This document shows positions 27,056 through 37,305 of a stretch of DNA of 64,000 bases, one piece after another; the stretch's first letter is position 1; each line of letters opens with the position of its first letter. The translations under genes and the position numbers were made by a program. Location of the stretch: NCBI GenBank assembly GCA_963739145.1, contig CAVTZO010000015.1:7335-71334 (forward strand), written 5' to 3'. Source of the DNA: an uncultured beta proteobacterium. Its GTDB lineage: Bacteria; Pseudomonadota; Gammaproteobacteria; Burkholderiales; Burkholderiaceae_F. The notes below the pieces were generated by a model. The model saw nothing but the letters and a program-made list of their open reading frames with translations. It had not been told where the DNA came from and did not search any database.

Positions 27056-29746
27056 TCAGGGGCCCTGGGTTACCTGCACCAAATCGCCCGGGCGCAACCA
27101 TTTAGCGAAAGCCGCCGTGATATCTGCGGCACCGAGGTCGACGTAGCGGCGCGCCGCCACGGTCGGCTCGTCCAGGGGCAAATCCAGGTCCCAGCGGCCG
27201 ATCAACCCCTGCGCGATCGCGCCCGTGCTCGCCTCCGCCAGCGGGATCTGGCGCAGCAGCATCGCCTTGGCGCGCTGCAGCTCCTCGGCAGTGACCGGCG
27301 TCTGGCGCATCTGCTCGACTTCACGCGCGACGCTGGCGTGCACCTTGGCCACGTTCGGCGGATCACAGGCGTACTGGACGCCATAGACTCCGCGGCTCTT
27401 GCTGGTCTCGATGAAGGAATTGATCGAATAGACGAGGCCGGCATTCATCCTGACGTCGCGGCTCAGGCGCGACGAGTAAAAGCCGCCGCCCAGTACCGTG
27501 TTGCCCACCTCGAGCGTGTAGTAGTCCGGGCTGGCCCGCGTGATGCCGATGGTCTCGGCCAGCGTGACGTGGTCCTGCACGCGGCTCGGGTCCGGAACCC
27601 TGGTCTGTGACGGCCGGCTCAAGGGTACCGGTGGCAGCGTCGTTTCGGGCTTCGGTCCGCTCGAGGTCCATCCGCCGAAGTACTTCTGTATCACGACACG
27701 GGCCTGCTCCGGCGTGATGTTGCCGATCACGACAATGACGGTCAGATCCGGACGAAAGGCGCTGCGGTGATAGCTGCGCACATCGTCCAGGGTGACCGCC
27801 GTCACGGTCGTGGGCAGCACCTCGCGCAGGATCGGATCGTCCTTCGGGAAAAGTGCGGCGCTCAGGGCGCGGCCCGAAAGGTAGGCCGGGCTGTTCAGCC
27901 GCCCCGCTGCGAACTGGGCGACCTGCTGCCGCACCGTCTTGAACGCCTCCTCGGGAAGCGCCGGATGCAACTCGTTGTCGGCCAGCAGCTCGACCGCGCG
28001 CTCGAAATTTTCCTTTAGGGCCGTGACGGAGAAATCGGTCCCGGCTTCCTCCTCGGCGCCGATTTCATCGAGGGCACGCTGGTACGCGATGCGGTCCAGA
28101 TGCTCCGAACCGTAGGAAAAAAGCCGGTCGAGCACCGAAGACAGCCCCTCCTTGCCCTTGGGCACCTCCAGTTCCGGGCGGTTGCGGATGTGCCCGTAGA
28201 CACTGAAGGAGTCCCCCACGGTTTCCGTTTGCACGATCAGCGTGATGCCGTTCGACAACTGGCTGACCGCCGGATGCACGGTCGATGGCGGCACGGCGAG
28301 CCGGCCCAGGACCTGCTGCGCCCAATCGGGCAGGGGCGTGGGCTTGGCCTCTCCCAGCGCGATGCTCTCCTGGCCGCCGAAGCCGCGGCCAGACACTGGT
28401 TTGCCGGCCTCGCTCGGCGTCAGCGTTGCGACGACGGCGTGATCCAGGTCCAGGTATTTCCTGGCCACGCGATTGACATCCTCAACCGTCACCTTTTCGA
28501 TGCGCGCCAGATCCTCGTCGGGGGACTCGAGCCCGTCCACGGCCACTGCCTCCGACCATACGTTTGCCAGGCCCTGGATCGAGTTCTTCTGGGTCGCCGC
28601 GGCCACCCGTTCCTGCAGCTTGGCTGCGGCGACGAGGTCCGCAGGTACGCCGTCGTGGGCGATCTTGGCGAGGATCCCCCGCAGCTCCTGCCGCAGGGCC
28701 CTGGCGTTGCCGCCGGTCGGAAAGGATGCGGCGGCATATCCAAAGCCAGCCTTGGCCAGCGGCTCGAAAGTGAACTCGGTCGACAGCGCCTTGCCCTGGG
28801 GCACCAGCTCGTACAGGGCGCCACGCTGGCTGCTGAGGACATCGGCCAGGACTTCGCAGGCCGCGTAGTCCGGGCTGTCCAGCCCGGGCATGCGCAAGGC
28901 CATCACCTGCATGCCATAGGGCAGATCGCTCTTGAGCTGCAGCGACTGGGCCCGAACCGGGTGCAGCTTGATGCTCGGGCGCGCCGGCAGCGTCTTGCGC
29001 GGGATGTCGCCAAACAGTTGCGTCACCCTGGCGAGGGTGGTGGCCGGGTCGATATCGCCGACGATTACCAGGATCGCGTTGTTCGGCGCGTACCACCGGC
29101 CGTAAAAGCTCTTCAGCATGGCCGCCGTAGTTTTTTGGAAGGAAGGTCGCGTGCCCAGCGCATCGTGCTCATAAACGGTTCCCTCGAACAGGGCCATCCG
29201 AAGCCTGGTGAAAAGTACGTAGGTCGGGCTCGACAGATCCTGCGCCACCTCCTGTTCGATGGCTCCGCGCTCCTTTTCCCACGCCTTGGCGCTGTCGTCG
29301 ACGTCCTGCATGCGCAGGGCCTCAATCTGAAGGGCAATGTCCAGATCTTCGGCAGGCACGGTGTACAGGTACTGCGTGACAGTCTGCCGGGTATCCGCAT
29401 TGAAGTTGCCGCCCATGATGCTGCCGATGTTGGCCAGCTGATCGGCCGACAGACCCGGCGCGCCGCGGAACATCATGTGTTCCTGCGCATGAGCCATCCC
29501 GGGGAAGCCCGGCGGCGTTTCGTCGGCGCCGACCAGGTAGTTGACCGAGGTCGACACCACCGGCGCGAGCGTGTTGCGAACGATGACGACGCGCAGGCCG
29601 TTGGGCAGGGTGGCGCGGACGATGTCGCCGGCCGGGGACGCCGTCACGTCGCTCGTTGCGTTTGAAACGGACGGAAATACGAACGCAACCGCCAGGACGG
29701 CAAGGCTCGCCGGGAACAGGGCACACAGTTGTAGTCGAAGGGTCAT
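27056..29746 (-). CDS. Secreted two-unit M16 (pitrilysin/insulinase) zinc peptidase
   Basis: 896 aa with a signal peptide and the inverted zinc motif HAQEHMMFRG (HxxEH). The second half repeats the M16 fold. Confidence 0.8.
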   Translation of the reverse strand: MTLRLQLCALFPASLAVLAVAFVFPSVSNATSDVTASPAGDIVRATLPNGLRVVIVRNTLAPVVSTSVNYLVGADETPPGFPGMAHAQEHMMFRGAPGLSADQLANIGSIMGGNFNADTRQTVTQYLYTVPAEDLDIALQIEALRMQDVDDSAKAWEKERGAIEQEVAQDLSSPTYVLFTRLRMALFEGTVYEHDALGTRPSFQKTTAAMLKSFYGRWYAPNNAILVIVGDIDPATTLARVTQLFGDIPRKTLPARPSIKLHPVRAQSLQLKSDLPYGMQVMALRMPGLDSPDYAACEVLADVLSSQRGALYELVPQGKALSTEFTFEPLAKAGFGYAAASFPTGGNARALRQELRGILAKIAHDGVPADLVAAAKLQERVAAATQKNSIQGLANVWSEAVAVDGLESPDEDLARIEKVTVEDVNRVARKYLDLDHAVVATLTPSEAGKPVSGRGFGGQESIALGEAKPTPLPDWAQQVLGRLAVPPSTVHPAVSQLSNGITLIVQTETVGDSFSVYGHIRNRPELEVPKGKEGLSSVLDRLFSYGSEHLDRIAYQRALDEIGAEEEAGTDFSVTALKENFERAVELLADNELHPALPEEAFKTVRQQVAQFAAGRLNSPAYLSGRALSAALFPKDDPILREVLPTTVTAVTLDDVRSYHRSAFRPDLTVIVVIGNITPEQARVVIQKYFGGWTSSGPKPETTLPPVPLSRPSQTRVPDPSRVQDHVTLAETIGITRASPDYYTLEVGNTVLGGGFYSSRLSRDVRMNAGLVYSINSFIETSKSRGVYGVQYACDPPNVAKVHASVAREVEQMRQTPVTAEELQRAKAMLLRQIPLAEASTGAIAQGLIGRWDLDLPLDEPTVAARRYVDLGAADITAAFAKWLRPGDLVQVTQGP

Positions 29747-29840
29747 TCTGCTCGCTCGTATCGGGCCAACCCGCGCGGAACATCAGACCCAAACGGCGGA
29801 CATTGGTTCGGTGCAGATCGCCAAGCGTGCCGCGGTCGAT

Positions 29841-29880
29841 CGCCCCTCGCCCGCTCGCGGGAGAGGGGTGGGGGTGAGGG
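29841..29880. repeat. REP-like element
   Basis: CGCCCCTCGCCCGCTCGCGGGAGAGGGGTGGGGGTGAGGG, the same family as at 4061, 15885 and 24495. Confidence 0.7.
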
Positions 29881-29948
29881 CGGACACGGCGTGCTGTCGC
29901 AGCGGCGCCACTGGAAACAGGCCGCCTCGGGTCCTTGCTTGCCGCTTA

Positions 29949-30892
29949 GGACTTATCCGTAAATAATGTTCTGTGGCCCATCGATCTTGCGGAACGCGAT
30001 GATCGCAGCCGCGAGATGGGTCAAGGCCAGATAGCTTCGATGCAGCTTCTCGTATCGGACCAGTAGCTTGCGGAACCGGGTGAACCAGCCATGCGATGCC
30101 TCCACCACCCAGCGCCGTGCCTTTTTCTTGGGGTCGCGCCGCTTCGTGTTGACCTCCTGGCGCCGACTCGCCACGTGAGGAATGTACCGGTGCGACTCGA
30201 TGATTTCCCGCGCCGGCCGTCCTCGGTACCCTGCGTCGGCGCACAAGTGCTTGGAGCGGCGCTGCTCGGGGTCGGTCCGGGCGACGACGACGGCGTCGAG
30301 CACCGCCTCCAGTTGTGTCACGTCATTCACGTTCGCCGCGGTCACGATGATCGACAGCGGGACGCCACGGCCGTCGACGACCAGGTGGCGCTTGCTCCCA
30401 TTTTTTTCCCCGATCCGTTGGGTTCGGCCCCACGGATTCTTGCGCCAGCGGAGCCTTCAATAACGCGCCGTCGACGCTTTGCCATCGCCATGCGATGCCC
30501 TCCATCTCGTCGTACTCGGCCAAGCCTTCTTCCCACAACCGCCGAAACACCCCCGCTCGTTCCCATTCCAGAAAGTGAGCGTGCACCGAACTGCCGCTGC
30601 CGAACCGCTCCCTCGGCAGCGCCTTCCACTGGCACCCGGTGCGCAGCACGTACACGATCGCCTCGAAAATCAGCCGCGGCGACTTCGGCTTGCGTCCGCC
30701 ACCGAGCTTGCGCACATACTCCTTCTCCGCCGGCCGTTCTCGCACTGGAATCAGTGGCTCGACACGCTGCCAGAATTCCTCCGTCACGGTCCACGACTCA
30801 ACTCGCGTCTTCTTCAGCACTGGGTACCGATTCCGTCGCCGCCACGGGATTGCGGCTCGGAACGGTATTATATATTATTTACGGATAAGTCC
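29949..30892 (-). mobile_element. IS5-family (IS427-group-like) insertion sequence, 944 bp
   Basis: 19-bp perfect terminal inverted repeats GGACTTATCCGTAAATAAT (29949-29967 and 30874-30892). Both ends are flanked by TTA(G), consistent with a 3-4 bp target duplication. The transposase is encoded in two frames. Confidence 0.85.
29953..30820 (-). CDS. IS5/IS427-group DDE transposase, split over two frames at an A7 run (30401-30407)
   Basis: The upstream part has WTVTEEFWQRVEPLIP...RTGCQWKALP (DUF4096-like). The downstream part has GSKRHLVVDGRGVPLSIIVTAANVNDV...ADAGY...EASHGW (DDE_Tnp_1). The downstream frame is +1 relative to the upstream frame as assembled. Confidence 0.75.
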
Positions 30893-31081
30893 TTAGTACG
30901 AATTTAGATCGGTGATATTGGTGGCCAAGGGCTCGTCAATACCCCGCGCCAATACTAGCTCTCCGGGCCGCTTCTGGCTGTTCCGCCAGCCGTTCCGCCA
31001 GATTTTCGGGGTCCGGGGGACGCCGAGCAGCTGCCCCGGCATTGGCCGTATACAATTCGAATTTACGAAATATACGGCCAA

Positions 31082-32029
31082 ATGGAATACATCCCGCTTC
31101 CTGACAATGTAACCCGTCAGGCGATCGACGCGACCACGGTCTTCAACGAGTTCACCCGGGTCCGCGACGCCGCACGTCCCTATGCCGGCGGCATGTACTG
31201 GAAGCGACAGGGCGAATACGAATACCTGGTCAAGACCAGACCCGATAACCGCCAGCACCGGATCGGCCCGCGTTCAGTTGAGACGGAGAAAACCTACCAG
31301 GAGTTCAATGCCCGCAAGGTCGAGATCGAAGCGCGGCTGAAGTCGCTGCGCGCTGCGCTCACCGATGCCGAGCGGTTGAACAAGGCGTTGAAGGTCGGCC
31401 GCGTGCCTGCCGCCGTGATCTCGGTGCTGCAGGCGATCGATGAAGCGGGGCTGGGGCCGCACTTTGCCGTCGTCGGCACCCATGCGCTGTACGCCTACGA
31501 AACGGCCGCCGGGGTGCGGATCGTGCCGGAGGCGCTGGCCACGCAGGACGTCGACCTACTGTGGGATGCGCGCCGGCGCGTGCAGTTTGTCACGGACCTA
31601 GGCCGAACCCAGACCTCGGTGCTGGGCGTGCTGCGCCGGGCCGATGCGACTTTCGAGCGCAAGTCGGGGCACCCGGAGACGGCCATCAACGCCAAGGGCT
31701 TCGAAGTCGACTTCCTGAGGCGCCAGCCCGAAGGCGAGGACCCGCACCCGTTCCAGTTCTCGGATGATGAAGCCGACCTGTGGCCGATCCAGGCGGTGCG
31801 GGCGACGGTGCTCACTAGTGCACCGCGCTTCGATCAGCCGGTGATCGGGGCGACCGGCCGCATGGCGCTGATGCGGACGATCGCGCCGGCCGCGTTCGTC
31901 GAATTCAAGCGCTGGATGGCCAAGGCGGCGCCGAAGCGTGAGCAAGCCAAGCGCCGACGCGATGCGCGCCAGGCGCAGATCGTGCAGTCGCTGATCGATG
32001 AAGGCCTGCTGGTGGCGGCGCCGCATTAG
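31082..32029 (+). CDS. Nucleotidyltransferase-fold protein (GSU2403 / NTP_transf_8-like)
   Basis: 315 aa. FAVVGTHALYAYE...QDVDLLWD resembles the G-S/T...D-x-D minimal NTase core. The assignment is from memory of the family, not from a search. Confidence 0.5.
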   Translation: MEYIPLPDNVTRQAIDATTVFNEFTRVRDAARPYAGGMYWKRQGEYEYLVKTRPDNRQHRIGPRSVETEKTYQEFNARKVEIEARLKSLRAALTDAERLNKALKVGRVPAAVISVLQAIDEAGLGPHFAVVGTHALYAYETAAGVRIVPEALATQDVDLLWDARRRVQFVTDLGRTQTSVLGVLRRADATFERKSGHPETAINAKGFEVDFLRRQPEGEDPHPFQFSDDEADLWPIQAVRATVLTSAPRFDQPVIGATGRMALMRTIAPAAFVEFKRWMAKAAPKREQAKRRRDARQAQIVQSLIDEGLLVAAPH

Positions 32030-32404
32030 CGGGCGGCTATCAATTCGAAGGTGGCGATGACAATGAAGATCGAAGTCAGCTACACCAGAAAGCGAGACGG
32101 CAAGGGTGTAGCTACAGCGCCAAGTACAGCGGTTCCGGCGGCGAAGTGGTATGGGATATGTTGGGCGGTCCAGTCCGCAGGTTGGCGGACGCATGGCGGG
32201 GCTGCACGTCCAGGCGCAGCGGAACGTAGATCCAAGCGGCCCTTCGCGGACCGCCTATCCGTCGAACCGCTTGGCTGCGCCGCCGTACACTTGATGGGTT
32301 GCCGGAAAGCGAACGCCAATTTACGCCGCAACCGGCCAGGACCGGGCGTAGATCCCGGTTGTAAGAAATTTCCCTATACAGCGGACGTACGAAGGATCCG
32401 CCGC

Positions 32405-32905
32405 TTACGGCTTGACCGGCGGCTGAGGCGTGGATGGGACCGTGGGTTTGACCGCGTCCACGTTGACGCCGATTTTGTAGACGAGGTTGCCGCCGTGGTA
32501 CGCGGTTAACAGCAGAAACACGCAGGCAACAACACCGACTAGGGCGAGCGCCCAGCCGCGAGCTGCCTTCATTGAAATCTTGCGCCACCAGGCGAGGCCC
32601 TGCACCGCGGCCAGTGCGACGAACAGCCATGTCGTGGTCAGTCCCAGATCTTGGTGCGTTTCCAGCGGGTCCTTGGAGAAACCGAGCTCAACCGCATGGT
32701 CAAGCGCGATGTCGCCGAACACGGCCGCAGCCAACGCCGCCAGAGCAGCGAGGATTAGCGCGACCAGGCTGATCGATGGGAGGCACGCACGTTCGCTCAG
32801 GTCCCCTCCACGAGCGAGAGTTAGCAACTGCACCGCAATGGCGACGAGGAACAGAACAATCGGAAAATGGACGAGCATCGGGTGGATGTGGACGACATCG
32901 ATCAC
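32405..32905 (-). CDS. DUF2231-domain membrane protein
   Basis: The N-terminal HPMLVHFPIVLFL motif is present, with four predicted TM helices. Confidence 0.65.
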   Translation of the reverse strand: MIDVVHIHPMLVHFPIVLFLVAIAVQLLTLARGGDLSERACLPSISLVALILAALAALAAAVFGDIALDHAVELGFSKDPLETHQDLGLTTTWLFVALAAVQGLAWWRKISMKAARGWALALVGVVACVFLLLTAYHGGNLVYKIGVNVDAVKPTVPSTPQPPVKP

Positions 32906-33184
32906 GACGGTCTCCTGCCGCTATTGCGAGCGATTGAATCATGGCTCCGCAGCGCCCGGGCTGCCCGATTGCACCGCAGTATGACCGCGCGCTCTTGGCG
33001 ATCGACTCGCCGCCAAGAGCGGATGATGAAACGTAACGATCGGCGCCGCTTTCGGCCCGCAAACGGGCTTACGCGGAGTTTGGCGTTAGGGCCGTCTCGC
33101 ACCGCGATTGCGTTGAGCTTACGGCGGGCGGTTCGTTGGACTTAAGTCCGCCCGGCCGATCTGGCTCTTGCGAGCGGCCCGCAA

Positions 33185-33640
33185 TTACGGTGACGGAACC
33201 ATGCAGTCCCAGACGTCGGTAACTGGTTTGCCCTTCGGGCAGCGAGTCATTTGCGCTACGTGGAACGCCTCGGGACCTCCGGCAAACTCGACCTGAAGGT
33301 CGGTGTCTGGCATCGCACTGAGTTCGAAGGTCGAATGTGCGGTGCAGGCCGAGGAGGCTTTCGAGGCCGGTGCCTTTGTCAGGTCGTAGCGAAGGAGCAG
33401 GCTCTTGCCCTTGATTTCGAACCGAGGGTTGACCGGCTTCTGCCCGCAGTCGATTGGATCGATCACGATTACGACGACCTTATCCTCGGTCCGATACGGA
33501 TAGATCTTGTGTTCACCGCTACCCACTTTCTCCATGACTGGAATCGAGGTGAACTTCAACTTGGGCGGCCCCGACGGAGCGTCCGCAAACGCTGCAAGGC
33601 CGATCCCGGTAAGCGCGCAGGCAATCAAAGTTTTCTTCAT
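33185..33640 (-). CDS. Secreted hypothetical protein
   Basis: The ATG at 33640 gives the signal peptide MKKTLIACALTGIGLAAFA. No family recognised. Confidence 0.45.
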   Translation of the reverse strand: MKKTLIACALTGIGLAAFADAPSGPPKLKFTSIPVMEKVGSGEHKIYPYRTEDKVVVIVIDPIDCGQKPVNPRFEIKGKSLLLRYDLTKAPASKASSACTAHSTFELSAMPDTDLQVEFAGGPEAFHVAQMTRCPKGKPVTDVWDCMVPSP

Positions 33641-33791
33641 CTGGCCCTCCAACGATATTTGCGAGTAGCGAGCACCCGACCACCCATCGGAACGGCGCGA
33701 GGCGGTTGGAAACAATTCAAGGCTACGGCGGAACTTGGAAGGATGACTTAATCTGGATCAACCGGCTGCTTGCCGCTGGGCTTCTTGGACG

Positions 33792-36389
33792 CTAACGCAG
33801 GACGGAGCTCGCGCGGCGTCGCTGCATCGCCCACCGCACCGCCTCCAGCCACACAAGGCCGAGCGCCGACATCAACGCCGCCGTCGCGATACTGCCAGCG
33901 TCCGGAAGGGCCAGTCCCAGAATACGCCGTAATGGAGGAAGCAGGATTGCTGAGGCCAGCATCAGAATGACGGCGATTGTCATGCGCCCGAGCCAGGGGT
34001 TGCGGGAATCAAAGCAGGCGAGCAGGGGAATCGATCGGCTGCGGTTCGTCAGCGTCAACTGCAGTACGCTGATCACGAGCGAAATGAAGACTGCCGTACG
34101 GTCCATCTCCTGGACCACGCCCACGGACCGCAGCCAGGCAAAGCCGACCACGATTATCGCTGCCAGTCCGACCCCTTGTAGCACTCCTTCCAGCACGTTG
34201 GCGCGGCAGAAGGGTGATGCGCCCGCGGGACGCGGTGGCCGCGACATCACGTCAGACTCCTCGTGTTCGGCCTCGAAGGCAACCGAGCAGGCGGGATCGA
34301 TCAGAAGTTCCAGGAGCACGATCTGCACCGGCAGCAGCAGCGCTGGCCAATCCAAAAGAGCCGGCACAAGCGCCAGCGCGATGATCGGGACGTGCACCGC
34401 GAACACGAAGCGCGTGGCCTTGCCGATGTTGTCGAAGATGCGGCGTCCCTGGCCGATGGCGGCGACGATGCGCGCGAAGCTGTCGTCCAGCAGCACCAGT
34501 GCTGCAGCTTCGCGTGCGACGTCCGTTCCGCGCTGTCCCATCGCGATGCCGACATCGGCCGCCTTCAGCGCCGGGGCGTCGTTGACGCCGTCCCCTGTCA
34601 TCGCGACCACCTCACCGTCCGCGCGCAGCGCCTGCACCAGGCGCAGTTTGTGTGCAGGCTGCAGGCGGGCGCACACGTCCGAGCTGCGCAGGCGCGCGCG
34701 TAGCGCCGCGTCCCCCAGTGCGTCGATGTCGGGACCCGTGATGATGGCGGGGCGCTCGCTCAGCCCCACTTGACGCGCGATGGCGAGCGCGGTGACCGGA
34801 TAGTCGCCCGTCATCATGATCACCCGCACGCCGGCACGGCGGCATCGGGCGATCGCCTCGGGGACCTCGGGGCGCGCGGGGTCCACCAGACCGACCAGAC
34901 CCAGGAACTCGAATTCGAAATCGTGCTGGCTTGCCGGCCATTGCGGGGACGGGGTGCCATCGCCGGCCCCATGTCGCCGCCCTCGTCCCATCGCCACCCC
35001 CAGGACGCGCAGCCCGCGCGCCGCCATCGCATCCACCTGCAGGCGAATCGCATCGCGCTGCGCGGCCGGCATGTGGCACAGGTCGAGCACGGCCTCAGGC
35101 GCCCCCTTCGAGGCGAGCAGGTGCCGGCCCGGTTCTGCGGCCGGAAAGACGCGCGTCATCGCCAGGATATCGCCCGTGAGCGGGTACTCCAATAGTGGCG
35201 CGCTGTCATCGTGCACGTGCTCCGTGCCAGCCAGCCAGCGATGGCCGAAGTCCTGTATCGCCTTCTCCATGGGGTCAAAGGGATCGGCAGGCGTCGCGAG
35301 CATCGCCAACTCGACCAGTGTGTGGAAGGCCTCGGGGAGGCTCGTCGCGTTTTCGAGCGTGAATCGCGCGTCCGCCGTTGCGACTTCGGCCACCGCCATC
35401 CGGTTCTGCGTCAACGTCCCAGTCTTGTCCACCGCCAGCACCGTGATCGTGCCCAGCGCCTCCACCGCCGACGCGCGGCGTGTCAGCACCTGCTGGCGCG
35501 AGATGCGCCACGCGCCCAGAGCCAGAAAAACGGTGATGATGACCGGGACCTCCTCGGGCAGAATCGCCATAGCCAGTGCAATGCCCGAGAGCAGGCTCTG
35601 CAGCACGGGCCGTGCGTCCCAGAACCACAGCAGAAGGACCTGCGCGCACGCCAGCAGCAGCGCACCGATGCCAAGCGTGCGCACCAATGCATTCGAATCC
35701 GCCTGCAACGCGGAAGGTTGCTCGCGGCTGGCCGAGAGTGCCTCTCCAATACGGCCCACGGCTGTGGCGTGGGCCGTGGCATGGACCTCGGCCACACCAA
35801 CGCCCTGCGTGACGACCGTGCTCGCGAACACGAAGGGTGTTCCTTCGCCGCCCGGCGAGCAGGCGGCCGCAACTGAACCAGGCTGCGCCGGCAGCTTGGT
35901 GACCGGTACCGACTCGCCCGTCAGCAGCGACTCGTCCACTGACAGTCGCCCCCCCAGCAGTCGGGCGTCGGCCGGAACACGATCGCCCGCATGAAGGACG
36001 AGCGCGTCGCCCCGGACCACGTCGCGCCCGGCTATCCGCTGCTCGAACCCGTCGCGGACGACCAGCGCGCGCGGGGACGACAGATCGCGCAGCGCGTCCA
36101 GTGCGCGTTGCGTCCGGCGCTCCTGCACGAGCGTGATGCCGATAACCACGAAGACGAAAGCCAGCAGGAATAAAGCTTCGGCTCGGTCGCCAAGCACAAG
36201 GTAGATCGACCCTGCACCGAGCAGCATCAGGAACATCGGCTGCGTCAGGACCTCGCGCACGATCGCGGCGGTCGATTTCGGCTCGCTTCCCGGAAGCGCG
36301 TTCGGCCCTTCAACGGCCAGGCGTTGCGCCGCCTCATTGGACGTCAGGCCGGAAATCGTGCGCGCGGAATGATTGGTAATCACCGGCAT
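33792..36389 (-). CDS. Cation-transporting P-type ATPase (type II-like); start uncertain (36389, 36434 or 36458)
   Basis: DKTGTLTQNRM (phosphorylation site), MTGDYP and TGDGVNDAPALKAADVGIAMG are present, with about 10 TM segments. Confidence 0.8.
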   Translation of the reverse strand: MPVITNHSARTISGLTSNEAAQRLAVEGPNALPGSEPKSTAAIVREVLTQPMFLMLLGAGSIYLVLGDRAEALFLLAFVFVVIGITLVQERRTQRALDALRDLSSPRALVVRDGFEQRIAGRDVVRGDALVLHAGDRVPADARLLGGRLSVDESLLTGESVPVTKLPAQPGSVAAACSPGGEGTPFVFASTVVTQGVGVAEVHATAHATAVGRIGEALSASREQPSALQADSNALVRTLGIGALLLACAQVLLLWFWDARPVLQSLLSGIALAMAILPEEVPVIITVFLALGAWRISRQQVLTRRASAVEALGTITVLAVDKTGTLTQNRMAVAEVATADARFTLENATSLPEAFHTLVELAMLATPADPFDPMEKAIQDFGHRWLAGTEHVHDDSAPLLEYPLTGDILAMTRVFPAAEPGRHLLASKGAPEAVLDLCHMPAAQRDAIRLQVDAMAARGLRVLGVAMGRGRRHGAGDGTPSPQWPASQHDFEFEFLGLVGLVDPARPEVPEAIARCRRAGVRVIMMTGDYPVTALAIARQVGLSERPAIITGPDIDALGDAALRARLRSSDVCARLQPAHKLRLVQALRADGEVVAMTGDGVNDAPALKAADVGIAMGQRGTDVAREAAALVLLDDSFARIVAAIGQGRRIFDNIGKATRFVFAVHVPIIALALVPALLDWPALLLPVQIVLLELLIDPACSVAFEAEHEESDVMSRPPRPAGASPFCRANVLEGVLQGVGLAAIIVVGFAWLRSVGVVQEMDRTAVFISLVISVLQLTLTNRSRSIPLLACFDSRNPWLGRMTIAVILMLASAILLPPLRRILGLALPDAGSIATAALMSALGLVWLEAVRWAMQRRRASSVLR

Positions 36390-36683
36390 GATCGAAAGAC
36401 CGGGGCCAGTTTCAAACTCGCGCGACTCGGCCATTTCTGTAGGCGGCGGCTGCGCCATCCTCGGCAGTGCGCCCGATTGACGTCCCTGATCAGCGCTGCC
36501 GCCGACGCGTATTCGATGCTTCTTGGGTGCGGACCAAGGGATCGTGGACCCTGACGCCAAGTTACGGTTTGACTCGCCTCAAAGCGCAGCTCTTGCTTTT
36601 CGTCTTGGACTCTCCTCAACAAGCGCCTCTCGATCATGAAGGTTCGCTTATGCGGAGCCCGTAGCGCGCGAGACGCCGGCCAG

Positions 36684-36703
36684 GTTCAGCCTCGGTTCAG
36701 TTT
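36684..36703 (+). promoter_or_regulatory. Direct-repeat box GTTCAG-N5-GTTCAG-TTT (candidate OmpR-family binding site)
   Basis: GTTCAGCCTCGGTTCAGTTT lies 63 nt upstream of the 36766 ATG. TAAAGT, a possible -10 element, lies 7 nt downstream of the box. A near-identical box occurs at 41522-41541. Confidence 0.35.
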
Positions 36704-36765
36704 GGCTCCGTAAAGTGCAACCCATGCACTATGCACCGTCGATACACCAACCTACAGGAGCCCAA

Positions 36766-37041
36766 ATGGCAAACGTCACTTCCTTCGCGCGTCCCAAGTT
36801 TGCGGTCCGGTCATTCGAATGGCTGATCGCAGGCATCGCCGTGCTCGGAACGCTACTGGTCGTTTCCAACGCCTATCTTGCAGTTCCTGACGCGGCCGAG
36901 CGCGTGCAGACAATCCTTCACGGATTCTATGCAATCCTGGTGACCCTGGCCGCTGGTTTGGGCGCGGGCGCGTTGCACACGCTGGCCTGCGAAATGGAAT
37001 CGCGTCTACATGGTTCGCGTCAGACCGTTGCTGCTGCCTGA
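36766..37041 (+). CDS. Small two-TM membrane protein (91 aa), paralogue of 41091..41435
   Basis: AGGAG lies 6 nt upstream of the ATG. It shares 23/56 identities with the other small protein across the two hydrophobic segments. Confidence 0.45.
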   Translation: MANVTSFARPKFAVRSFEWLIAGIAVLGTLLVVSNAYLAVPDAAERVQTILHGFYAILVTLAAGLGAGALHTLACEMESRLHGSRQTVAAA

Positions 37042-37305
37042 CAGAAGCGGTCAGATTCACGCCAGAGGCGGCGATGAAAGTGGCCGCCCTTTTTCATTCC
37101 CGGTGGGCTCGGGAGTGCCTCGCCCCGGGCGTTTAAGTTAGTTTTAAGCATCGTGTTGCCTAATCATTTGAATCGGGGGTTCAGCCAGATCTGAGGACGC
37201 GCAATGTTCGTGGATTCGGCAGTTCCAGGTGAGGACGAAGAGCGCGGTGGGTCGAAATCGGGTATTGGCCGATTCATCATCGAAGCGGCACAGAGAACAG
37301 CGGAT

